DNA from: Antechinus flavipes
Taxonomy: Eukaryota
Reading direction: 5' to 3'
DNA length: 64,000 nt
NCBI RefSeq assembly: GCF_016432865.1
Contig: NC_067403.1
Span: 134,168,001-134,232,000, forward strand
The notes under the pieces are model-generated. The model did not search any database and was not told the DNA's origin. It worked only from the letters and a program-made list of their open reading frames with translations. A program made the translations under genes and the position numbers. Positions 24,101 through 35,972 of this stretch are shown here, piece by piece (the first letter of the stretch is position 1; every line of letters starts with the position of its first letter).

Positions 24101-24261
24101 TAGGGGGGAGGGGAAGAATGCAAGAAGTGCAAAAATGATAATTTATTGAAATTCCCATGTTTATTTTTAAGAAATTAATTTAATTTATTCTAGCCACTGT
24201 TTTTTCCCCTGAGAACACTATTAGTAGAATAAACTTATATAATTCTTATGTAAGAATTGCT

Positions 24262-24505
24262 TTATCCTGGTTTATTTGGTTTTTCAGTCATGTCTAACTA
24301 CTCATGGTCCTATTTGGGGTTTTCTTGGCAAAGATAAAGGAGTGATATGTTATTTTCTTCTCCAGCTCATTTTACAGATGAAGATAGTGACGCAAACAGG
24401 GTTAAGGGACTTACTCAAAGTCACTCAGCTGTCTGAGCCTGGATTTGAACTTAGGTCTTACTGACTCTGGATCCAGGACTTTATCCATTGTATCACCTAA
24501 TTGCC
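24262..24505 (-). mobile_element. MAR1-type SINE
   Basis: cagtcatgtctaactactc..ggggttttcttggcaaaga..cttctccagctcattttacagatg..gatttgaacttaggtc. Confidence 0.85.
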
Positions 24506-24809
24506 CAAAGAGCTTCTAAGAAAAGACTACTTTTAACTAAAAATGTTCAGTATTACATACTAACCTTTTAAAAATCTTTCAAACTCATTAGACTTGCAAA
24601 AATTTGGGTAATTATAGAAATTTTTGCTGAAGTAAATATGTATGTCATATTCTTATGGATGACAATCCAAAAGAAATATAGATTTCCTAAATGAAATCCA
24701 AAATTTTGCAATAGAAAGCAAGACTAGGTGTCAAAATGAGTTTTTATGACTACCCTTGAGTATATAAAGGAAATGCAGAGAATGCCATATCTAGAAATTA
24801 ATCAGAGCA

Positions 24810-25380
24810 AGGGGTTCTCTCTCTCTCTTTTTAATAGTATTTTATTTTTCCAAATATGTGCTAAGATAGTTTTCAACATTCATTTTTACAAGACTTTGTG
24901 TTCAAATTTTCTCTGTCTTCCTCTCTCCCCTCCCAAAACTGCAAAAGATCTGACATAGATTAAACATGTGTTATTCTTCTTAACAAATCTCCATATTTAT
25001 CATGCTGGAAAAAAATTAGAAAAAAGCTAAGTCCATTTCAATAATTTTATTGTGATTGTACAAATTCCTTGGTTCTATTCACTGTACTTAGCATCAGTTC
25101 ATGTAAGTCTTTCCAGGTTTTCTGAAATCAGCCTGCTCATAATTTCTTATAGTACAGTAGTATTCCATTACATTCATATATTATAGCTTATTCAGCCATT
25201 CCTCAATTAATGGGCATTCACTCAATTTCGAGTTCTTTGCCACTATAAAAAGGTCTGCTACATTTTTGCAAATCGTTTTAGCAACGATTGGGTCCCTTTC
25301 CCTCTTTTATGATCTCTTTGGGATACAAATCCAGTAGAGACACTAATGGATCTAACCCTTTAGGCATACTTCCAAATAGA
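24810..25380 (-). mobile_element. L1 3' fragment
   Basis: cttagcatcagttcatgtaagtctttccagg and cattcactcaatttcgagttctttgccact, typical antisense marsupial L1. Confidence 0.85.
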
Positions 25381-25522
25381 ACAGAGAGTTCTTAACAAAT
25401 TTCTTTTTTCAGTATTTTGATGACTTTATTTCAATATAATTGGTTTTCTAATTCTAGCCAAATTGAAGACTTACAAACATAATTCTGAGAAAGGTCCATA
25501 GAACTCACTAAATTGCCACTGT

Positions 25523-25538
25523 GAATGTGTGTGAGTGT

Positions 25539-25575
<37 letters not shown>
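25523..25575. repeat. Imperfect (TG)n microsatellite
   Basis: Visible TG run with A/G interruptions. Confidence 0.95.
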
Positions 25576-25577
<2 letters not shown>

Positions 25578-26170
25578 GTACATGACACACACAAAACGAT
25601 TAGAACCTCTGACCAATATTTCCTCTATAGGAAAACACTTTAAGTAATATCTTTTTTGAGAGTCTTGAAAGCTTTGTCTTTAGAGCTCAAATTCTATTTA
25701 GGCCTAATGAGCTGATCTGGCAATAGAGTGTAGCAAATTTGGAGGGACTCAAAGAGTCATAGGAGTTATAGATCAAGAAATTGAAAAGACTTCAAAAGTT
25801 ATTTAGTATTGCTTCCTCCTATTGTTATTAAAAAACTCAAAATTCAGTTATGCTAGGCAATCTTCTTAAGGTCTCATAGTTAGTACTTAGAGCTTCACTT
25901 AGTACTTAGTACTAAGAGTACTTAGAGTACTCTTAGAGCTTTAGCATAAGGTAATTTTTTTAAAAAAAACAAGCATCAATTCATAAAACTGCCTATTAAA
26001 ATAATTTTCCAAGGAACTGATCTCCAAGGCAGTGATAAGTTTACTCATACAATCAAAATCATAGTTCTTGGAGGCTTTGAGGGATTAAGGAGGCTGCCTG
26101 CCATAAATTAGCATTTCATTAAAGGTAAATATGTATGACTTATATTTAGCACTAGACTAATAAGAAAGAA

Positions 26171-26415
26171 GGGGCAGCTATGTGGCACAGTAGATAGACA
26201 CTGGGAATGAAGTCAAGAAAACTCATCTTTCTGAGTTCAAATGTAGCCTTAGACACCTCTTAACTTTAGGACCCTGGGCAAGTTACTTAACCCTGTTTGT
26301 CTCTTCCTTTATCTATAAAATGGGAAAGAAATGGCAAATCATTTCAGCATCTTTACCAATAAAACTTCAAGTGGGGTCCCAAAGAGTAAGACACAACTGA
26401 AATGGCTCAGCAACC
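26171..26415 (+). mobile_element. MAR1-type SINE, full length
   Basis: ggggcagctatgtggcacagt head; tgagttcaaat B-box; tail aaatggcaaatcatttcagcatc..gacacaactgaaatggctcagcaac. Confidence 0.85.
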
Positions 26416-27585
26416 AAGTAAAAAAGAAATCTCCAGTCATAATTATTGTCTATCATATCCACACTAAATACTCAAGATACATACAAAGAAATGTAAACAT
26501 ACATGCAAACAATTATTAACATACACTGAAGAAATTAAAGATAATCTGAGAGGCAAGGTATTAAGATTCACATTAATTGCCTTCTGTCTCTATTAGAAGA
26601 AACATATTAATGATAAAAATAGAGACTAATAACTAGCTTTAATGTACTTTAACCTTTGTATTATACCAAAAAACCATAGCTTAAGAAATATAAATCCATT
26701 TTATTGATATGTCCTTTCCATGCAAGATTGCTTCCCATTGAAATTAGGTTTTAGCCTGTCATTTATATCAGGATTTTGAAATTTATGTAATTTCTCTACA
26801 TTCTAATAATTCCCAAACCCAGAGTGATCCAGCCAAATCTAGTGAGGAATTTGAAAGCCTTTATCTCCAAGATATTCCTGTATTCATACACGTAAATCAG
26901 CCATTCTCAACAGCCATGTAAGAGAAATGTTGGAAAAGAGAAAAATCATGGTGGAGAAAGAAACCAATGATTGTAAATAGATCCTTAGAAAGAAGAGTCC
27001 TTCAGAGAAAAAAATTAACTACCTAGATTGTGGCTAGAATAAATGAAAATGACTGGGATCTTTGAATTGTGTATAAGCATCTCTGTCTTGCCAGTAATCA
27101 AGTCTTCTTCAGACTCGATCAGAGTCAATTAGATGTTCATAGAGCAGTTTCAGAGTGATCCATTATATGGGGGAAATTAAAACTCATATTAAGAATTAAG
27201 GAATTGTTAACTTGATTGTCATTTCTCTGATGACTTTATGAGTCATAGAGCTATTGTCAGAGCTGGGTCTCAAATTACAATCTTATTTACAATGCATCAG
27301 ACTATGTGACTTTCCAGCATATTTTTCCTACTGTGTTAAATTAAATTGATGAAAAAGTTCTTTTAAGATACAATATGAATACTATTTGGTCATTTTCTTT
27401 ATCTTTATAGTTTCATCCAGCCAAATTAATTAAAATTCTTTATCTTTGTGGCTTTGCAAAGAACTTATAAGATCTTCATTTGATATACTATGTACAAAGG
27501 AAAAGGATGGGGAAAAACACTTAATATAACATCACTGTGTGTGACATTAAAAATTTTGTTTCATCCATTTTCTTTTTCCCGTTAG

Positions 27586-27630
27586 GGAGATGCTGGAGAG
27601 AGTGGACCCAAAGGCGACACGGGTGAAAAG
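27586..27630 (+). CDS. COL25A1: Collagen XXV exon E5 (45 nt) GDAGESGPKGDTGEK
   Basis: ttttctttttcccgttAG acceptor, five Gly-X-Y triplets, donor GTatga at 27631. Confidence 0.96.
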
Positions 27631-27729
27631 GTATGAGTTTTTTGGTGTTTGAAATATGAAAGTATATTGTATAGAAAAAATTAATATGTTGTGATATATG
27701 AGTGGGTGTGGTTCAGGTAAGTTTCATGG

Positions 27730-27983
27730 GACTATAAAAATGAAAAGAGAAGACAAATAGCAGATTTATCACAACTCCTTAGAATGATACGTTGCATTGT
27801 TCAGCATATAATGTGGTATATTTGTACAAACACAAGAAAAGGTGAATTTTCTTGTAGAGAATGGATGGTCAAGTGGTTGGATTTTCATGGAAGAAATGCT
27901 CCCTTACAGCTACAACTGAGATAATTCAATTTTAATATGAAGATATTTGGAGATCTCTATTCCAGACTGATTTATTTTGTCTA
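27730..27983 (+). repeat. Copy A of an unassigned ~250-bp diverged direct repeat (copy B: 32924-33049 + 33782-33940)
   Basis: Identical blocks tataaaaatgaaaagagaa (27733/32927), attttcatggaagaaat (27881/33832) and ctgagataattca (27916/33866), in the same order. Confidence 0.85.
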
Positions 27984-28329
27984 GTAAGTTTTAAAAGGTA
28001 AAATTTCAAAACAAATTTGAGCAATTTTGTTGTACAACCACAAGGGTAATATCATTTAACTAAATTCTCTCATGTTATATTGAAAAGTTGTATCAATTTG
28101 AACCTGAAATCCACAAAGTTTAACAAAAAATTGTCAATTTGTTTTTTCTTTTAATTGAATTCTCACTTTCCAAAGATTTCTGATAAAAAACAATTTGAAC
28201 ATGCTACAGAGGAAGAGTTAAAAGATAGAGTCCTCAAGAGTGACTGGACAATTAAGAGACTGAAAAAGAATATGTAGCTATTCAGCTCTAGACAATATTA
28301 TATTAAGGCAGCTGAATTATTGGTGTAAG

Positions 28330-28570
28330 GGCAGTTAGGTGGTGTAGTAGTTAGAGAACTGGACCTGAAGTCAAGGACACCTGTGATCAAATATGGCCTC
28401 AGACACTTACTAGTTTTGTGACCCTGAGCAAGTCACTTAATCTTATTTGTCTCAGTTTCCTCATTTGTAAATAAACCAGAGAATAGCAAATGACTTCAGT
28501 ATCTTTGTCAAGAAAATTCCAAATGGGATCATGAAAAGTTATACATAAGTGAAATGACTCAATAACAGAA
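28330..28570 (+). mobile_element. MAR1-type SINE
   Basis: gggcagttaggtggtgtagt head; gagcaagtcacttaatc core; tail atctttgtcaagaaaattccaaatggg. Confidence 0.85.
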
Positions 28571-30859
28571 TTACTGGTTAATGCAAGCTACCTAATGATA
28601 ACTGAACAACATGGAGAAAAATCAGTGTTCTTCATGTCTGAAGAGATGAAAAAAATAACAGAATGACAGAGTTGTAATTTAGGAACTATTGATCTAATCA
28701 AGAATGGATGTACCATTATGTAACCCACAAAATAAAAGATTTATGTTATGATTCTTATAACTATTAATAGGTAAATGGCATATGTGGTTGTGTAAGTCCT
28801 TAGTTGTATTTGTGAATCTCAGAAGAGTAATAATCTAAAAATATGCTGTACATAGAACCATTTTCATTACCTGGCAGATGTATTTGCAACTGTATTTAAT
28901 CAGGATTGACATTAAAATGTTTCCTAGTGGTAAGGTTAATAACATTATCCTGAGGATTCTAGAAAACCAGCTACATATCATGAATATTGTATTGCCTTTT
29001 AGCTTATGTTTGGAAGAAAGAAATTAAGGTTAAACCTGTGGGGTAGATAGCCTTTCTGTCTCAGATTTAAAGATGGAGAGATCAAGAAATGAGAAAGCTT
29101 AGTGGCTTGTCATAGGTCACAAAGTTTTTGAGTAGCAGAGCTGGGCTTTAAATCTCCCAATTCCAAATTGAGTGCAACTTTTTAATGGATTATTTGTATG
29201 GATATTTATAAATGCATATAGGTTTATTAAAACTACACATTTTGAAGTAGATTTATGCTAAGCATCCAGAATGGTGATTAATAATTTTTAAAAATTACAC
29301 TTAGCCAAAAGAAGCAGAAGCTATTTGCCTGTGTTTAAAAGTATAATTTTTAGAACATATGCTCATGATGAATTTTAAAATCAATCACATTTAACTTTCA
29401 AATCTAACAAAACAGTTCTTTATCTTTGAAGAACACATTTGGCTTCCTTCAGTATTTTTTCCTCAACATAGGCTATTTGTAAAATTTTCCTAATTTTTTA
29501 CTTTTTTTTAATCAAAAGAAATTTTTTTTATTATTTCACATGGAAATTGAAAAGAACTAATTTGGATAGCATTTTTATTACAATTTTTATTAGACAACTA
29601 AACTCAGGAAATACATTAGTTAAAAAGGAAATGATTTCAATCTAAACTGTAGCTTGTAAAAAGAAATCTGTATTGTATAATATGTGACCTGAAATCTAGA
29701 ATATCCTCATGAATGGTATAATTTGAATGTAATTTTTAATATATTTCACAAAATGTTATTTCTGTCATGTAATTAAGTTCTAATCTTTTCATGACAATTC
29801 TGTTGTGATATGTTAACACTCATTCATCATTTATCATAGATTGGAATTAAAATCAGAAAAATATATTTCATGTTGTCTATCAATGTAGTAAGTTACATTA
29901 TTCACTGATCATTTTAATAGGGATTTCTTTTTTCCCTTTTGATCCAAGTCTGGTTCTTTGGATGACAAAACAATCCAAAGATTCTCAGCCTGATCATCCA
30001 GGAATCCTGGGAAACCACAAAAGCACTGGACAAATTATTCTCTAAAGCCATCAGTTAGAGTTTTACCTCATGCTGACAACTGACTTAGAATAGATGTTTT
30101 ATTCAAATGAAAGGGTTTTTAAACTGAAGCAGATAGTTTTCGGGTTGGGGATGGTAAAAAGATAGCCATGATTTTAAAATTTTTGACAGCTGCATTTCAA
30201 TGTAATTAGTTTCCTTTGCAATCATAAATTATAGGTACTTTTCTTTATGTACATAAAAACATAATTCTAAGAAGAGATCCAGTCTGGCTACACCAGACTG
30301 TAGCCAAAAAGTCCGTGGTACAAAACAGATGAAGAATCCAACTGCAATGTTGCTATTGAAAGATTAAGAAATTCTTATGATATTGTTCCCAATAATTTAA
30401 AAAGCCAATTCAGATTCTTGTTTTCCTACTGTTTGAAAGCAGATAGTTTATCCAGCATATTGAATGGTTTTGAAATCTCTAGCCTTACTTTTTCCTTTGG
30501 CCTTTTGCTTCAGATAATCATCATTTCTGAAAATTTCCTTGGTCCTCTGGATCAAAATATGTCCATTTACTTGCTAAATTCTGTATACCTTCACTTGGAG
30601 CTCTGTCTCTCATTGAACCTTAATCCAAAAGCTTCCTTCTAGGCATCATTCAGGACTCCCTTTTTCCCTCTGAATGTAAGTGGTGCTCAAGCATGAAAAA
30701 GGAGCAGTTAAGCAGGGAAGAACACCCAATCTGAATTCCTACTAGCTCAATGACTGAGTTAAGCCCTAATGCACTTTATGGCTGGTCAGGTTAGAAGGAA
30801 AAAGATCAACAGAATACTTAGCTTTTTTTCTCATTATATTTGTGAGAAAATGAAATGGC

Positions 30860-31110
30860 ACAGGGAATAGAGCATTGGTTCTGAAGTTGGGAGGACCTGA
30901 GTTTAAATCCAGCCTCAGAAATTTTCTAGCAGTGTGATCCTGAGCAAGTCTCTTAAACACTTCTGCCTCAGGTTTCTCACTGTAAAATGTGGATGATATA
31001 ACCTACCTTCTTCCAGGTTATTGTGAGGAACAGATGAGATAATATTTTTAAAGCATTTAGCATGGTACCTAACACACAATAGGCTTAAAAAATGCTTATT
31101 TCCTTCCTTT
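30860..31110 (+). mobile_element. MIR SINE
   Basis: aggacctgagtttaaatccagcctcag; ctgcctcaggtttctcactgtaaaatg; tail ggttattgtgagg..aaatgcttatttcc. Confidence 0.85.
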
Positions 31111-31452
31111 CCTATGTGTATGCACAAAAACATGATTTGACCCATAGGAAAAGTAGATGAGATGAGCATTTTATATGGAGTTTTGCAACATAATAATAAG
31201 AAAGAATAAAGAGCAAAAATGGAAAGAATACTGACTTAGGAAATAGAAAACATAGGTTCAAATCCTATCTTTCTCGTTTATTACTGGTGTGACTTTAGGC
31301 AAATCATTTAGACTCATTGGTTTTTAGTTTCCTTGTCTATAAAATGAGAATGTTGGATTTGATATGTCCCTAAGGTCTATAGATAGTATAAATTATGAGA
31401 ATATGCTAAAAGAAAACATAAAATAGTGTGGGTTAAAGAATATGACTTTTTG

Positions 31453-31992
31453 GTGGTTTTTTTTGTTTGTTTGGTTTTTTTTAATAGCTTTTTATTGACA
31501 GAGCCCATGCCTGGGTAACTTTTTTACAACATTATCCCTTGCACTCACTTCTGTTCCGACATTTCCCCTCCCTCCCTTCACCCCCTCCCCCAGATGGCAA
31601 GCAGTCCTATACAAGTTAAACATGTCATGGTGTATCCTAGATACAATATATGTTTACAGAACCGAACCGTTCTCTTGTTGCACAGGGAGAATTGGATTCA
31701 GAAGGTAAAAAATAACCTGGGAAGAAAAACAAAAATGCAAGCAGTTTAGTTTCATTTCCCAGTGTTCTTTCTTTGGGTGTAGCTGCTTCTATCCATCCTT
31801 GATCAATTGAAACTCAGTTAGAGCTCTTTGTCGAAGAGATCCACCTCCATCAGAATATGTTCTCATACAGTATCGTTGTTGAGGTATATAATGATCTCCT
31901 GGTTCTGCTCATTTCACTTAGCATCAGTTCATGTAAGTCTTGCCAGTCCTCTCTGTATTCATCTTGCTGGTCATTTCTTACCGAACAATAAT
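31453..31992 (-). mobile_element. Young 5'-truncated L1 (540 bp)
   Basis: Perfect 16-bp TSD agaatatgactttttg at 31437-31452 and 31993-32008; T-rich tail; several CpGs retained. Confidence 0.93.
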
Positions 31993-32379
31993 AGAATATG
32001 ACTTTTTGCAAAGGCTTAGGATGTTTCTTAAAGTTTGATGAATGATAATACCTGGCATTTATCAAAATACTTTTGAGTTCCCAAAGTTCTTTCTTATGAA
32101 ATTGTTTCTTAATTTCTGGCTACTTATTAGATAAGGCCCAAATTTCGAAGTATAAAACTCTAAATGTAGAACTATTTTTCAGGGATGCTTAGAGCAGACA
32201 TCATTATCACCATTTTATGGATGATCAAAATGAAGTTCAGAAAGGATTAATTTTTCTAAAACATATAACAGTCACATATTTTTTCTCTATATATTCTATT
32301 TGGTGGTCAGATGTGTAAAAGTGGACACATGCACAAGTTTAGATACATATATTTCTATATGAATACATATATAAATGGC

Positions 32380-32752
32380 CTCCCAGTAAGAGAAGCTAGC
32401 TCCCTGGAGGGCCTCAGGGTCAGCCAGAGTCAGGATAAATCAAAGTTCTTGGTCTTTAGGAGGAGAAGTGAAGGAGGCAGGCAAGCTGCCATGGCTTACC
32501 AAAGATGTATCCTGGATTCTGGAGTTTGGAGTCTCCAGCTTCTCTCCTCCTCATCTTGCTGCCAAGTGGCTCTGACTTCTCTCCTTCTGTCTTCTAATCT
32601 CTTGCCTACAATTATTTCACCACCAAACATTCAGCAAGCACCAATGGTGAGGAGAGCCAACATCTAAATATATGCTAATAGAGCCATTGTCTCACATTGA
32701 ATAAGTAGCCTTAAGTACTCTCTTGTCTGATTCAGAGTTTCAGCACTCTACA
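32380..32752 (-). mobile_element. Solo LTR (family shared with 42286-42652; related to 62902-63414)
   Basis: Reverse-complement match to 42286-42652 over most of its length (about three quarters identical by eye); ends ctaca. Left end uncertain. Confidence 0.8.
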
Positions 32753-33049
32753 CTATTATTATCTCCATTTTGTGGATGAGGAAACTGAGACAAATAGAAA
32801 TTATCTCACACACCTAAAATATCTCAACATATAAGCCCCAGAGGTAGCTTTATGACTCCAAACTCCACCCTGTGACACCTAGCTACTGTTACAAATAGTA
32901 TTGAGCACTGAAATAGTAATTGGTATTATAAAAATGAAAAGAGAAAACAAGACAGCTAGATTTTAACCCAACTCCTAATAATAAGGATGTCAATGTTTGA
33001 CAAAAATGTAGTGTGTTGTATACAAACATAGGAAAAAATAGCTTTTCTT

Positions 33050-33781
33050 TTAAAAGAAATTATTAATATTTTAGTTTCCCCGAGTTACATATTAAAACAA
33101 CTTTTAAGATACATTTTAAAACTTTGAGTCCCAAATTACCTTTTTTCTTCCCTTCCCCCGCCATTGAGAAGCTAAGTAATCTGATATAGGTTATACATAT
33201 GTATACAAAACATCTTCATAGTAGTCAAAAAACATAGAACAACAACAAAAAAAAAACTCAAGAAAAAGAAAGTTTAAAAAATATGCTTCAATTTGTATTC
33301 AAACATCATCAGTTCTTTCTTTGGGGATGTATTGTATTTTTGTTATAAGTCCTTCAAGAGTTGTTTTAGATCATTGTATTGCTGAGAATAGCTAAATCAT
33401 TCACAACTGATCATCTTATATTATTGTTTTGTACACAGTACATTTCACTTTGCATCAGCTCATGTAACTCTTTTTTTTGTTTTTTCTGAGGGCATACTGC
33501 TCATCATTTCATATAGAATAATACTATTACTTTACATTCTATCACATACCTCTATTTGTTCAGTCTTGCCCAATGGATTCTCATTCCTTCAATTTCTAAT
33601 TCTTTGTCACCTGAAAAGTGATGTTACAAATATTTTTGTTGATATAGATCCTTTTTGGTTTTTAAAAAATCTCTTTTGGGATATAGATCTAGTAGTGGTA
33701 TTGCTAGGTCAAAGGGTTATATAACCCTTTGGGCATAGTCACAAATTGCTCTATAGAATTAATGAATTTGTTCACAACTCC
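33050..33781 (-). mobile_element. L1 3' fragment inserted into repeat copy B
   Basis: Degenerate 17-bp TSD aaaaaatagcttttctt (33033-49) / aaaaggtaaattttctt (33782-98); antisense L1 text (gcatcagctcatgtaactc, gctaggtcaaaggg). Confidence 0.85.
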
Positions 33782-34689
33782 AAAAGGTAAATTTTCTTGC
33801 AGAGAATGGATAGATAATGGACTATGGTTGAATTTTCATGGAAGAAATACCCCCCTACATCTGCATCTGAGATAATTCAGTTTCAACATCATGATATTTG
33901 GAAATCTTTACACCAACCTGATTTAAGAAATTATTGTCTATGACATTTTGATTAATGTTCATTATGCTTCATCTGAAATAGAGGAAATAGGAGTGAAGTC
34001 ATATTCATTTATGCCAAATACATTTGTCCATCTGTGAATATCTTCCTCTGCTGAAATTTTCATTTCTAAGGAAGTTAACTCATTAAAAAAATTAAGAGGA
34101 TATTCAAAGCATACTTACATTCTATCTTTGTTTTAATCCTCTATTCATTTTCTCTTTATGAAGGAAGGAGAATTATAAGCAAGTGTCTTATTTACATTAC
34201 TTCCAGCATTATCTCTTAAAATGTTTCACTTGTAGTGGGCTGGTCACTTTAGAGTTGTAAACATTACTTGAGACTTCTCAGTTGTACATTCTGCAAAAGA
34301 AAGGAACAATATTGTTCATACATATATATCAAAATGAACTCAACTTGCTATCAGTGCAACAATCCTTCAGAAATTTTTTTTTATTGTTGCTCTACTTCCT
34401 GTCTTATGGCAGGAATCTAGTCCCAAGTCTTGTGAGGAGAGTGTCATGTAATATAAGCATTAGTAAAAATATCAAAGCTATGGTAGAGGCAACACATTCT
34501 TTTATTTGTCTCTTTGTTTTTGTAAAAATCAATTCAACAAGACATTGGGTCCTCACTTACCAAAATGTGAACTTTAGCAATATAAACTATCAATTTTCTA
34601 TTGGATCTGACATTATAAGATTGCTCATTCCACTTACCAATGTTAGCTTAATTACAAAATACAGTGTCCTTTTTATTCCTCATCCTTCT

Positions 34690-35790
34690 TGACCTCTTTA
34701 TTGGTTTGGTCATCCCACATCCTGGATGCTTTCTCCTCACTTAATTTTCCTTATAACAGTCTCATACTTATACTGTCTAATCAGTCTTATTTGCTGGCTC
34801 ATCATCCCTGCTTTACACTTCTTTCTATGCAAAGAGACTCTGGGACTACTTTGCTCAACACTTTTTCAGTGATCTCAGTTATCATGAGTTCAATAATCAT
34901 CTCTTCATAAGACTTCCAATTCTCCATATTCTAACTTCATCTCTCTCCCACATCACCAACTCCTAAAATATCTCAACATATATGCCCCAGGTATCTGGAA
35001 TGAAATCCATCCAAAAGAGAACTCACTATCTTCACCTCCATCCTAAACTCAATGACTTCAAAACTTCCTGATTTCTGTTGATATATCCAAAATCTTTCCC
35101 AGATTTACAACCCAGCAATCATCTTCAGCTCTTTGAATTATAGGACCCCTACATTAACTGATAGAAAGGACTCTGGAGGTCAGTGAGTCCAACATTTTCT
35201 TTTGCAAAAGGATTTCAAGATCAAGATACAGCTGGTATGTGTCTAAGAGAGTTCCCAATTCCAAGCCTAGCACTCTACTTGCTGCACAATGTTACTTTTA
35301 TTCTCCCTTGTCCTCATGGAGCCAAACAATGTCCAACTCTTGTCAAATTTAGCTCCATAACTTCTCTTGCTTTTCTTCCCTTTTCCCCACCAAATCTTGA
35401 TCACTTTTCCCTTGAACTCTTTGAATAGTCTCCTCATTACTCCAGTTTCTCCTTTTCAAAGCAATCCTCTACATAGTTGCAAAATTGATACTTGCAAAAC
35501 ACAAGTGTGACTTTCATTCTTTTGCTCAAAGCTTTAATGGTCCCTTTTTGCCTTTTGGATAAAATACAATCTCCTCTACCTGGCACTTAAATTATCTTTC
35601 TAGACTGATTTCAGATTTCTTTCCTTCACATAAAACACTATCCAAAGAAACCATTTTATGTTATCTTTTCTGAACATGAATCTATGATAAGCATATTTGC
35701 TTTTGTGCTCTTATTCCCCATACCTGAACTGCTCTCCTTCCTTACTCCCACCTCTTAGAATCATTGTTTCTTTTCAAGATTCACTTAAGA
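34690..35790 (+). mobile_element. L2 LINE fragment, interrupted by a MIR3 (~35135-35300)
   Basis: Pyrimidine-rich L2 3' half (atccaaaagagaactcactatc, gatacttgcaaaacacaagtgtgac, tcaagattcacttaag). Confidence 0.7.
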
Positions 35791-35972
35791 TATTTTACTG
35801 AATTTGGAGAAATGATACCTGCAGTATTCCCCTAATCTGCCAGTGAAGTAAGCCTGCTGATAAAGTAAATTAGGTTAGTCTGGTGACCTATTTTTGACAG
35901 AACCTTGAAATTTTTTTTTGCCTACTTCTTTTTAAATGTTCACTAGCTTTCCCTTTAATAAGATATTGTTGA

